From NCBI GenBank assembly GCA_951406725.2, contig OX597839.1, forward strand, positions 1,984,001-2,048,000: a stretch of 64,000 nucleotides of DNA, in the 5' to 3' direction. Shown here in pieces: positions 14,424-27,660 of the stretch. A program made the position numbers and the translations under genes. This DNA is from Octopus vulgaris. Taxonomy: Eukaryota. The notes under the pieces are model-generated. The model was not told the DNA's origin and made no database searches. It saw nothing but the letters and a program-made list of their open reading frames with translations. Every line of letters begins with the position of its first letter. Position 1 is the stretch's first letter.

Positions 14424-14520
14424 CAGATAGTTCTGGCTGACGAGCTACAAATGGATTTTTTTTGTAAGTAAAATTACATTTAATTCATTAATAGCGAAAC
14501 AATTGTCCCAAAATAATCTG
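14424..14520 (+). ncRNA. Type I hammerhead ribozyme, intact core (array copy 4)
   Basis: CAGATAGTTCTGG-CTGACGA-GCTA..(long loop)..TAGC-GAAA-CAATTG-TC-CCAAAATAATCTG; palindromic stem III ACAATTGT; predicted GUC cleavage after 14507. Confidence 0.85.
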
Positions 14521-14959
14521 TATTTTTGTTATTTTTTATTTGCCCTGTCCGTGTGAGCTAACAATCGTACTGACTTTCATGGGAAACATGTATTTTCGTG
14601 GTTGAAACCTTTTGGATTAACTGGTGCTGGAGTGAGCCACATAGTGACCACTCTCTTATATTTATTTTGTAAAAATATTATAATATGTTATAAAATATTA
14701 TAATAATCCAGGTTTCTCAGAGCACTAGGCCACTTGGTGTTGAATAGATATACTATTAAATTAGTATCTAATTCTCTCACCCTTATTAATTAATTATAAT
14801 TATGCTGCATTTATTTCTAAATGCTGTATTTGTTTTCCGTGAAAGTTTGCCGCGCTGTTAGTTGGGGCATTTGAATTATAACGTCGGATGTAATCAATTG
14901 AACCACACGCGTATTTATCGTTATGGTAAAATCTGGCGTGTGATTGAGTGGATTTCATC

Positions 14960-15055
14960 CAGATAGTTCTGGCTGACGAGCTACAAATGGATTTTTTTGT
15001 AAGTAAAATTACATTTAATTCATTAATAGCGAAACAATTGTCCCAAAATAATCTG
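14960..15055 (+). ncRNA. Type I hammerhead ribozyme, intact core (array copy 5)
   Basis: Same motif as 14424-14520; predicted cleavage after 15042. Confidence 0.85.
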
Positions 15056-15324
15056 TATTTTTGTTATTTTTTATTTGCCCTGTCCGTGTGAGCTAACAAT
15101 CGTACTGACTTTCATGGGAAACATGTATTTTCGTGGTTGAAACCTTTTGGATTAACTGGTGCTGGAGTGAGCCACATAGTGACCACTCTCTTATATTTAT
15201 TTTGTAAAAATATTATAATATGTTATAAAATATTATAATAATCCAGGTTTCTCAGAGCACTAGGCCACTTGGTGTTGAATAGATATACTATTAAATTAGT
15301 ATCTAATTCTCTCACCCTTATTAA

Positions 15325-15370
<46 letters not shown>

Positions 15371-15371
15371 G

Positions 15372-15403
<32 letters not shown>

Positions 15404-15726
15404 TTTTTTCAATTAGATTTATTATTATTATTACTAATATTGTTGTTATACATACATACAAGCATATGTAATGATAATAATGGGTGGATGTAAACACATG
15501 AACAAAATTAGAACAAAAGCAACAACAACAAAAACAAAATACAAATTACAAGAATGTATATTACCAGAAGATACAAATATTACAGGCATCCCCCCCCACA
15601 CACACACACTAAATAAACATAGACGCACATAGAGATATAAGCATGCGCAGATGAAGACATACAATAGAAATACAAAATGGCTGACGGTTAGTAAGAAGAG
15701 ACACAAGTAAGTGAGAAGAAAACAAA

Positions 15727-15771
15727 GGACCACTGATGCGGTCACAGGAGTGTGACGAAAGAACTTTGGCC
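15727..15771 (+). ncRNA. Non-canonical hammerhead-like motif in the Penelope pseudo-LTR (mirror 11355-11399, minus strand)
   Basis: GGACCA-CTGATGCG-GTCACA(GGAG)TGTGAC-GAAA-GAAC-TT-TGGCC; perfect stem II, but the core departs from CUGANGA and stem III is weak. Confidence 0.45.
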
Positions 15772-15885
15772 GAAATAAGATTAAGATTAATGTAAAAAAT
15801 AAATATCACTGAAGCAAAATAACACCAAATATATAGTGCGTGTGTTTTTATTGGCTAAACTGGCAATATGACCATTCCGAAATAT

Positions 15886-15942
<57 letters not shown>

Positions 15943-16083
15943 AATAATTAAATAATAATTTAGATAAATTTGAAATAAATTTGACATTAAATTTATCCCT
16001 AATGTAATCGGTAAAACTAAACACGTGTCTGTTTTGGCACAGAAAGCTGGGGTTAGTTTTTCAAATTGCATTTGTTCTGAACG

Positions 16084-16160
16084 ATCGTACTGACGAGACT
16101 ACGGACATTTGAATTATGTAAGTAATTCTTTTGTTAATAGTTGAAACCGAGGTATGCGAT
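16084..16160 (+). ncRNA. Type I hammerhead ribozyme
   Basis: ATCGTA-CTGACGA-GACTA...TAGTT-GAAA-CCGAGG-TA-TGCGAT; stems I-III can form; GUA triplet; G.U at 10.1-11.1. Confidence 0.75.
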
Positions 16161-16503
16161 TAATTCTGTTTTTTATATAAATTTTCATCTGTCTTGCCAG
16201 CCTAATTTGTTTCTGGTGTTCCGCTGAATTTTCCTCTAGAGAACATTCTTTATAGTTTGATCGTTGGTGATCTACTTCTAGCATGCGGCCGACTACCTAG
16301 CGGTCTTGCCCTGTCAATATACACATGTATATATATATATATAGGGAGAGTTTACGAAAAAAAAACAACAAAAGACGAAGACAGGTGGTATACAAAACAA
16401 ACAGATGTATTAGTATAACGCTCAGGAATAGAAAAAGTCTTTTACGTTTCGAGTCTACGCTCTTCTACAGAAAGGGACACAGAAAAAACAAGGAGAGAAG
16501 CAA

Positions 16504-16557
<54 letters not shown>

Positions 16558-17205
16558 TATAAAGTGCATTAAATAATCATCGCATTCCAATTTCTTTTCA
16601 CTTTACAATGATTAGCAGATGAGCGACTATCTTCTAATACAGACACAACGCGGGCCCCGCTTTCAGTTTTTTAGATAAACTTTTCAGAAATAACCCAATA
16701 GAATTACCAGTAATTCTGTGAAATATTCACGGGGTCCCGCTAGCATATATTATTTCTCCTAATGCTACATAGTTTCAGGGTTTTAGTTTACCTCGTTGCA
16801 TGAGGTTTTGGGAGGGAAAAGTATTTTATTTCCTTCGCATCTCTTCCGGTTTAAATATACTAGTTTACTCCTGTGTATTACTGTTATTTTCGTTTAACTC
16901 GTTAAAACAGGATTTAACCGTGTACGTTTATATATTTGTGGGTATTGATATCGTTAAAACGTAATGCATTCAATGTTATCGTTTACGGCTGCACTAACTT
17001 TTGAACAGATGTTCTCATAAATCTGCCAGTTTTCTCTCAGCACTCACACACACACTTTATCTCTCTCTCACATACATACATAAATACATACATGCGTACA
17101 TACATACATGCGTACATACATGCATACATACATACATATATGAATGCATGCATACATTCATGCATATATTTATGTACATACATGCATACATACATACATA
17201 AATAC

Positions 17206-17248
<43 letters not shown>

Positions 17249-17654
17249 CATGTATGTATGTATGTATATATGTACATGCATACATTTTCCTTTTCTCTTC
17301 TACTAGTTTCAGTCATCAGACTGCGACCATGCTGGGGCACTGCTTTGAAGGATTTCAGTTGAACGAATCGACACCAGTACTTAATGCTGGTCTTTCATTT
17401 GTCAAACTGCTAACTTATGGGGATGTAAACACACCAATACCGGCAGTCAAGCGGTGGGACGAGCTTCCTTCAGTTTCCATCTACAAAATCCACTCAGAAG
17501 GCTTTGTACGGCGTAAGGCTATAGTAGAAGACATTTACCCAAGGTGCCTTCCTTCTTTGCCGAAAATAGCATCTATCTATCTATCTATCTAGCTAGCTAG
17601 CTAGCTAGCTAGCTAGCTGTCTGTCTGTCTGTCTCTATCTATCTATCGCTATTC

Positions 17655-18428
<774 letters not shown>

Positions 18429-18452
18429 GCGGCGTACGTACACTTTGGTCTC

Positions 18453-18537
<85 letters not shown>

Positions 18538-19011
18538 TGTATAGGCGTAGCTGTGTGGTAAGAAGCTTTGCTACCCATCTACATTGTTCTAAGTTCAGTT
18601 CCACTGTATGGCAACTTGAACAAGTATATCCTACTATAGCCTCGGGTCTACCAATGCCGTGTGAGTGAATTTAGTTAGCGGAAACTGAAAGAAGTCTGTC
18701 ACATGAATATATATATATGTGTGTGTGTGTATGCACGTGTGTATTTGTGCTTTGTTTCCCCGCCCTCACTATCACTTGAAAACCGATGTTGTATTTACGT
18801 CCCCGAAAGGTTCGATTCATTCAACTAAAATTCTTCAAGGCGGTGACCCAGTATGGCCACAGTCTACTAACTGAAAGAAGTAAACATAAAGGATGAAAAA
18901 ATACATACATGCTTACATACATGTATACATACATACATACATACATACATACATACATACACATACATGCATACATACATACATACATACATATATACAT
19001 ACATACATACA

Positions 19012-19043
<32 letters not shown>

Positions 19044-19077
19044 CGCATGGTAAGCAACTGATATCAATAATATCCTC

Positions 19078-19116
<39 letters not shown>

Positions 19117-19526
19117 CTCTTTTACTCTTTTAGTTGTTTCAGTCATTTGACTGCGGCCATACTGGAGCACCGCCTTTAATCGAGCAAATCGACCCCGGGA
19201 CTTATTCTTTGTAATCCCAGTACTTATTCTATCGGTCTCTTTTGCCGAACCGCTAAGTGACGGGGACGTAAACACACCAGCATCGGTTGTCAAGCAATGC
19301 TAGGGGACAAACACAGACACCCAAACACACACACACACACACATATATACATATATACGACAGGCTTCTTTCAGTTTCCGTCTACCAAATCCACTCACAA
19401 GACATTGGTCGGCCCGGGGCTATAGCAGAAGGCACTTGCCCAAGATGACACGCAGTGGGACTGAACCCGGAACCATGTATATATATAAAGAAATGGAGCT
19501 AAACGCAAATGATATTTAAATCTTTA

Positions 19527-19618
19527 TACTTCCGACATATGTTTCGAAGAAAACACTGGTGTTATTCCAGAGGGAATAAAATGATGTAAAACAATGCGAC
19601 ATTCTCTTCAGGGAAATA
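19527..19618 (-). ncRNA. Type I hammerhead ribozyme, intact core
   Basis: Minus strand TATTTCC-CTGAAGA-GAA...TTC-GAAA-CATATG-TC-GGAAGTA; palindromic stem III ACATATGT. Confidence 0.78.
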
Positions 19619-19803
19619 GGAGAAACAAAGCACATTAATAATCAATAAGCCGATTTAAGCGAATGTGATGAAGGGAACGCTAGCAAGTTATTTAACAAAA
19701 AAACCGTTAATAGAGAAATGTAGTGTGATAAATGAATGGGAATAACGCTTAAATGTGTGGAAATAGATATATTTATATTTAAGAAAACAGTTAAAGGTCG
19801 AAT

Positions 19804-19857
<54 letters not shown>

Positions 19858-19862
<5 letters not shown>

Positions 19863-20140
19863 CATAAGAGGGATCAGCCATCTGAATGTGGCTAGGGTCA
19901 GGGCGGGGTGGTGGGGGTGTTACAGATGCATTTAGCCCCAGGCGAACATCGACGTCACCAGAAGAGCTGACACCATCTCGGTGTCCTTGCCAGCCAGCAA
20001 AGGGATGGCAAGGACACCGAGATGGTGTCAGCTCTTCTGGTGACGTCGATGTTCGCCTGGGGCTAAATGCATCTGTAACACCCCCACCACCCCGCCCTGA
20101 CCCTAGCCACATTCAGATGGCTGATCCCTCTTATGTTATA
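19858..20140. repeat. Perfect palindrome with 135-bp arms and a 13-nt loop
   Basis: 19858-19992 is the reverse complement of 20006-20140; the ORF track gives the same peptide on both strands. Confidence 0.95.
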
Positions 20141-20177
20141 GAGCAGTTACTGTTTATATCTCGCCCAGAGATTTATT

Positions 20178-20353
<176 letters not shown>

Positions 20354-20364
20354 CACACATATAT

Positions 20365-20397
<33 letters not shown>

Positions 20398-21704
20398 GGC
20401 GCAGGAATACTGAAACAAGTATAAAAAAGCATGCACACACACAATTATAAACACCTCCCCGACAAATACAAGACACATACACGCCCACACATACCCCCAC
20501 ACACATACATATGCACCCTCACACACACATACGTTGCTCACACACACACACACATCTTAAGGACAATTAAAACACAAACATATTCAGACAGATACACACA
20601 CGCACTGACGTACACACACACTCACATACACGCACACTCACGTACACACACATAACATCCCCACCAACACAAAACACACAAGCATACACACGAACATACT
20701 CAGACGCATACATACATATGCACCCACACACACTCATGGTTGATCTCTCTCTCTCTCTCACACACGTCACAAGGACAATTAAAGCATCACAAACATACTC
20801 GGACTGACACACACACACTCACGTACATACACACTCAATCTAACCACACACATACACACAACACCAATCACACACACACAAACAACACCAGGACAATTAT
20901 AACAACACAAACATACTCAGACAGAGAGACACACACACACTCATGTACACACACACTCACGTACACACATACTCACGTACACACGCATAACATCCCCACC
21001 AACACAAAACACACATACACACACACAAGCGTGCACACGTATACACACACCATCCTACCAAATATAAAACACACACAGACCCATTTACACACACCACAAT
21101 AAACTCTGGGACCAATCAAAAACGGCCCCCACACACAAACACATGTATATACACATACATAGAGACGTGCACAGACACACACACTCACACCATTCTGACC
21201 TCTAAGGCCAGTCCCCCAAACCACTGAACCATGACAGACTAGCCCAGAAACAAAACAATCCTTTTAATTTCACATTGCTCTTCTTTCCCCCACCCCAAGC
21301 AACCTCCCATGCTGTCCCTTAAAATAGCAAACAATCCTTAGCTACACACAAAATAAGAAATGCTAGGAAAACAGGTTGGTTCTTCTCAAATTCTTGGTTA
21401 ACTCTTAAAATGTAGCTCCTTCTGTGTATAGAGATACTACCAAACAAACATGATTTTTATTGAACTCCTAATACTTTTTGTTGAATATTTTCTTAAATAC
21501 TTTCTTGTAAACTGTTTTTAACATTTTCTTGTTATTATCAAAGAATGTATATATGTATTTTAATACTTTTGTGACAACCAGTACTTAACACAACAAAGTT
21601 TATACAAAGCTTTACATTTTACTTTTGACAATCTTTTTCTAAAAAAAGTGAAATCGGTCAAGTGAATAAACATCTTTAAAATTGCATTTTCAAACCTTCT
21701 TTCA

Positions 21705-21767
<63 letters not shown>

Positions 21768-21966
21768 TAAAATTTAAAAGCAGCAGAAATATAACAAAAG
21801 CTGTTTTTATTTTTAAAAAATGTCCGACGAACGGGAACGTGAAACACTAAGTAAAAGCTTTTGTTATATTTCTTTTGCTTTTAAATAAGCATATTACTCT
21901 ACCTCTGGTATTTGAGTACTCTTTTTACCATTTTTCCACCTTGTTTCACATTTATGTGCTTACTCT

Positions 21967-22031
<65 letters not shown>

Positions 22032-22315
22032 ACGTATCAAATTACACTTATTTTTCTCTGTCTGGTTTTTATCTCTTCACTGCTTATTTTCCCTTCTCTC
22101 TCTCTCCTTTATCTTATATTTATAACACCAATAGTGTTTTCAGTTTCACATTTCAATTCTATCTCCTGATAAAACGCTAATCAATCACATCTAGATTAAT
22201 TAAGTACTTTTGTATATTAAGCAATTTTGTGAATGATGACGTTTGTACACAAACTGTTGAAGCAGCTGTATAGTATATATATATATATACAGTATATATA
22301 TATGTATATATATGT

Positions 22316-22379
<64 letters not shown>

Positions 22380-23011
22380 AGATGTCTGTGTGTGTGTGTG
22401 TACCTCTTTTATACATCTAAATATGTTGGTTCAGTAGAAACGATCATCGGTACTGTATAGTGCAATCATCAAATAAAGATGCGATTTCTCCAGACCGGGG
22501 AGTGGGTTGTGTTCTTAAGCAAGGCACTTCATTTTACGCTGCTCTAGCCTACCCAGGTGTAAATGAGTTTCAGCAATACTTGGGAAGTTAAACCTGTGAC
22601 GAACTGGCAACGCGTGCAGTGGGTGGAGTGTTGTGATTTCAGTGGGTTATAAGCCTTGAAAATCTGATTGATCTTCTGGCTTATGAAAAGCCAAGGTCTA
22701 AATTTAAGATTTGAAGTTGATATAGCTGTTATTTCTAGCCGTTCGTGCGGCCACTTAGTGGGGTTTTTTTTTTACCTGTAATGCATCAATTGTACCCTTC
22801 ACTCTTAACTTCTTGCCTTGTTTCTTTCCTCCTATCACTACGGCTGCTTCTCATTAACACAACCACCACCACTACCACCACCACCACCACCACTACCAAT
22901 ACCACCACCATCACAACCACCACTACCACCGCCACCACCACCACTACCAATACCACCACCACCATTACCTCTTACCTCTCGCTCTATCTATCTATCTTTT
23001 ATATGGTGATG

Positions 23012-23081
23012 GCCAGATAACCGAAGAGATGGTGTTGTGGATTTCCACATCGGCATCCGAAACTCAGAGTTTTATCTTGGC
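23012..23081 (+). ncRNA. Degenerate hammerhead motif
   Basis: GCCAGATAA-CCGAAGA-GATG...CATC-C-GAAA-CTCAGAG-TT-TTATCTTGGC; U4C core change. Confidence 0.5.
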
Positions 23082-23183
23082 TACAGAATAATTGTCACAT
23101 ATTATTTTACAGATAAATTTCCTCTATTTACAAAATATTGAGGTATCTTTCTTTCTTTTGTTATCTTACCGTTTTTACCAATA

Positions 23184-23240
<57 letters not shown>

Positions 23241-23244
<4 letters not shown>

Positions 23245-23480
23245 TTGTTGTGCAAGATTTTTTTTGTGTAGGTGAAGTCGTGTGTTGAAACAAATATAGT
23301 TATATTTCGGAATGATCATTTTGCCAGTTTAGCCAATAAAAACACACGCACTATATATTTTGTGTTATTTTAAGATTAATGTAAAAAATAAATAACACTG
23401 AAGCAAAATAACACCAAATATATAGTGCGTGTGTTTTTATTGGCTAAACTGGCAAAATGACCATTCCGAAATATAACAAT
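23241..23480. mobile_element. Short foldback copy of the Penelope pseudo-LTR
   Basis: Matches 11185-11345 / 15780-15891 with an internal inversion near 23370; between (TA)n tracts. Confidence 0.8.
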
Positions 23481-23507
23481 ATATATATATATATAAATAT
23501 GTATATA

Positions 23508-23548
<41 letters not shown>

Positions 23549-23581
23549 GCATACATATATATATATGTATATGTATGTATA

Positions 23582-23671
<90 letters not shown>

Positions 23672-23682
23672 GTATATATATA

Positions 23683-24971
23683 CGAGGGGCGTTCAATAAG
23701 TAATGCCCCTGACCCACTTCCCACAGCAGTAGAGCAACGAAACTTGGAACAGTTATTAGTCTTTTTCTACATAGGAACCACCCAGAGTTACGCATTTCTC
23801 CCATCGTTTGATGCAGCTCTGAAGACCGTTTTTGTAGAAGACCCCAGCTTGGTCCTCCAACCACTACGTGACTTCAGAAATCAAGGCTGCATCATCTGGG
23901 AAACGCTTTCCTTTCAAAAACAACTTCATGGCTGGGAAGAGGTGAAAATCAGAGAGTGCAAGGTCAGGAGAGTAGGGGGATGGGGGATGAGTTCATAGCC
24001 GCACGCCTGTGCTTCTGATCTGGCGACACGCGAGTTGTGGATCGGAGCGTTGTCCTGCAGGAGGAGGATGCCTTTGCTGATCTTGCCCCGCCTCTTGATT
24101 TTGATAGCTTCTCTTAATTTCCTCAAAAGTGAAGCATAATAGACTCCTGTAATTGTGGCACCCTTTGCCAGGAAATCTGTCTTCACTACTCCGTCCTGGT
24201 CCCAGAAGACTGTAAGCATGACCTTGCCAGCGGAGGGCTGCACCCTTGCCTTCTTTGGAGGAGGTGAGTCACGGTGCTTCCACTGCATTGACTGGGATTT
24301 GGTCTCTGGATCATAGTGATGGACCCAGGTTTTATCCTATGCAATCAGTCTTTTGAAAAATTTTGACTCATCTTCTTGGCACATCTCCAAATTCATCCTC
24401 AAGCAATCGACTCGTTCTTGCTTCTGGAAAGGTGTGAGCAACCTGGGAATCCATCTGGAAGACACCTTTTGCATATGCAAATGGTCATGAATGATAGTTT
24501 CCACAGACCCGGTACTAATCTTGACCTCATGGGCTATTTGGCGAATAGTTATGCGTCGATCTTCCAAAATAGCAGCCTCAACTTGACAGACAGATGCCTC
24601 ATCAATGGCAGAAAGGGGCGACCAGATCTGGGAGCTGTTTCCACAGAGTTCCGACCATGTTTGAATTCACGATGCCAGCATTTTACAAGGTCATATGATG
24701 GGGCATCATCACCATAAGTTACTTTCTTTTCATCAAAAGTCTCCCGTGGTGTGCGTCCTTTCAAATACAAAACCGGATCACTGCTCGACACTCAACATGC
24801 TCCATTTCACACTTGACTCAGTTAAAACACCTGTAAATTGGAAACCACAATTAGTTCAGAGCTGTAATTTGCCACTTAATCTATAGAGATATAAATAATT
24901 GCACATGCAAAATTTCAGCTAGATCAAACAACTGCAGTGGGTCAGGGGCATTACTTATTGAACGCCCCTCG
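23683..24971 (-). mobile_element. Full-length mariner transposon (about 1289 bp), inactive
   Basis: 36-bp perfect TIRs CGAGGGGCGTTCAATAAGTAATGCCCCTGACCCACT (23683-23718; 24936-24971); TA target duplication. Confidence 0.95.
23756..24805 (-). pseudogene. Mariner DD34D-type transposase with frameshifts and stops
   Basis: MEHVECRAVIR start, WHREFKHGRNSVETAPRSGRP, DRRITIRQIA, RWIPRLLT, KTWVHHYDP, KVMLTVFWD, LLQDNAPIH, HPP..DFHLF spread over several frames. Confidence 0.92.
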
Positions 24972-25128
24972 TATATATGAATAAATATTTCATAAGCTAG
25001 ACTGCTGACGGAGGGGGCGGATTTTTCTGTTTGCTTTTTCGTTATATATGTTTTCGTCGTTTCTATCTAATTTCTTCGAAGCATGATGCCAACTTGCACA
25101 CCCACTTGTTTCATCCGCAAACACACAC

Positions 25129-25160
<32 letters not shown>

Positions 25161-25377
25161 GTACACACGCACATTTACATGCGCGCCACGTGCGTGTTTT
25201 AAACTGGCATAACTTCAGGTTGTTCAATAGTATTTTGGAAGTAGAAATTGTCGATTCCTATCCCCCAAAGGTGCCTGTCCGATATTTTAACCCGCCACCC
25301 CAACCCCCGTCCCGCACAAATGTGTGACCTGCAACTATGTTGGTTTAAAAGAACTTGTCAGAATTCCTATATGAGGT

Positions 25378-26372
25378 CGGCGAGCTGGCAGAAACGTTAG
25401 CACGCCGGGCGAAATGCGTAGCCATAATTCGTCTGCCGTTACGTTCTGAGTTCAAATTCCGCCGAGGTCGACTTTGCCAACAACGGAGACGGGGACACCT
25501 TCCCGGTTATTATATAATACAACAAAAGGCGGCGAGCTGGCAGAAGCGTTAGCACACCGGGCGAAATGCTTTGCGGTACTTCGTCTGACGTTACGTTGTG
25601 AGTTCAAATTCCGCCGAGGTCGACTTTGCCAACAACGGAGACGGGGACACCTTCCCGGTTATTATATAATACAACAAAAGGCGGCGAGCTGGCAGAAGCG
25701 TTAGCACACCGGGCGAAATGCTTTGCGGTACTTCGTCTGCCGTTACGTTCTGAGTTCAAATTCCGCCGCGGTCGACTTTGCCAACAACGGAGACGGGGAC
25801 ACCTTCCCGGTTATTATATAATACAACAAAAGGCGGCGAGCTGGCAGAAGCGTTAGCACACCGGGCGAAATGCTTTGCGGTACTTCGTCTGCCGTTACGT
25901 TCTGAGTTCAAATTCCGCCGAAGTCGACTTTGCCAACAACGGAGACGGGGACACCTTCCCGGTTATTATATAATACAACAAAAGGCGGCGAGCTGGCAGA
26001 AGCGTTAGCACACCGGGCGAAATGCTTTGCGGTACTTCGTCTGCCGTTACGTTCTGAGTTCAAATTCCGCCGAGGTCGACTTTGCCAACAACGGAGACGG
26101 GGACACCTTCCCGGTTATTATATAATACAACAAAAGGCGGCGAGCTGGCAGAAGCGTTAGCACACCGGGCGAAATGCTTTGCGGTACTTCGTCTGCCGTT
26201 ACGTTGTGAGTTCAAATTCCGCCGAAGTCGACTTTGCCTTTCATCCTTTCGGGGTCGATTAAATAAGTACCAGTTACGCACTGGGGCCAATATAATCAAC
26301 TTAATCCGTTTGTCTGTCCTTGTTTGTCCCCTCCTCTGTGTTTAGCCACTTGTGGGTATAGTAAAGAAATAA
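25378..26372 (+). repeat. 152-bp tandem array of five SINE (family B) heads followed by one complete SINE
   Basis: ORF starts at 25474, 25626, 25778, 25930 and 26082 give a 152-bp period; unit = GGCGAGCTGGCAGAA..GAGTTCAAATTCCGCCGAGGTCGACTTTGCC plus about 50 bp of unique spacer. Confidence 0.93.
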
Positions 26373-26847
26373 ATACATGAGGTCGAAGCCGGAAGCACAT
26401 TGAAGAGAAACGATCTACTTAACCCCTGCAACAAAGCCTTGCGCTCATATTCATTTTATGAAACTCCGTCAAAACATTAGCTTCGTGAAAAATTATTCAA
26501 GGCTGCGCTAAGTAAACAGAGCACAAAACAAAAAAATTTGTGTTATAATAAGTGTTCATTAGTTTAGCTGTTGAAACAAAAGCGTTTAACGATCAGCTTC
26601 TCAACGATTCTGACGTATTAACTCTAACGCATTTGTCACAATTTGTATTATTTATTATTCATGTCTTTATTAAAACTGATATGGCAGAATAAATCTCTGG
26701 AGAAATGGTTAAGTGAAGATCTTGCTATGTCATATACATCAATGTGTGAAAGAGTGTGTGTGTGTGTGTGTGAATTTGTTATATATGTGCGTGTGAATTT
26801 GTTATATATGTATGTTTATATGTGTGTAAATATGTATATGTGTATGA

Positions 26848-26888
<41 letters not shown>

Positions 26889-27370
26889 ATAGGCGTGTGG
26901 CGCACATGTGTATGTGTACGTATGTATTTATATAGGGAAAAGGGAAAACAAGCTACATTGACAAATATGAATGTCATTATATTCTCCTTAGGTTATAATG
27001 CTGTTGTTGTTCTTATCAGCTTTAGCGTTGCTGTTGTTGATGATGATAACGATGATGATGATGATGATGACGACGACGACGAAGACGACGGCGATGATGA
27101 TGATGAAGATGATATTCATGATGATGAGGATGATGACGACGAAGTTGATGATGACGATATTGCTAGGCGAAATTTGCGTAGCCGTATTTCGTCTGCCGTT
27201 ACGTTCTGAGTTCAAATTCCGCCGAGGTCGACTTTGCCTTTCATCGTTTCGGGGTTGATAAATCAAGTACCAGACACGCACTGGGCTCGATGTAATCGAC
27301 TTAATCCGTCTGTCTGTCCTTGTCTGTCCCCTCTATGTTTAGCCCCTTGTGGGTAATTAAAGAAACAGAT

Positions 27371-27372
27371 AT

Positions 27373-27409
<37 letters not shown>

Positions 27410-27450
27410 GCTGATGATGATGAAGCTGATGATGATACAGTTGATGATGT

Positions 27451-27486
<36 letters not shown>

Positions 27487-27660
27487 CGAAGCTGATGAAG
27501 CTGATGATGATGAAGTTGATGATGATGATGATGAACATGATGATGTTGATGACGATGATGATGATGATGAAGATGATGATGATGATGATGATGTTGATGA
27601 TGAAGATGATGACGACGATGATGTTGATGATGATCATCATCATCGTGATGATGAAAAATG
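27371..27660. repeat. (GAT)n microsatellite
   Basis: Direct reading. Confidence 0.95.

Larger units (their letters stand above)
12793..15333. repeat. 535/536-bp tandem array: about 2.9 units in one orientation (12793-14333) then about 1.9 inverted units (14332-15333)
   Basis: GTGGTCAC anchor at 12810, 13345 and 13881; inverted anchor CATTTGAAT at 14332 and 14868; near-identical units; CA microhomology at the inversion. Confidence 0.95.
11185..15891 (+). mobile_element. 5'-truncated Penelope-like element with inverted upstream pseudo-LTR and a nested repeat array
   Basis: About 11235-11713 is the reverse complement of about 15408-15891; the ORF between them encodes an RT C-terminus and GIY-YIG; flanked by (TA)n. 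Confidence 0.85.

Noticed and set aside
25378-26240. CRISPR-like repeat-spacer appearance and repeated 76-aa ORFs
   Set aside because: The spacers are identical, the repeat is a SINE head, the context is eukaryotic and there are no cas genes.
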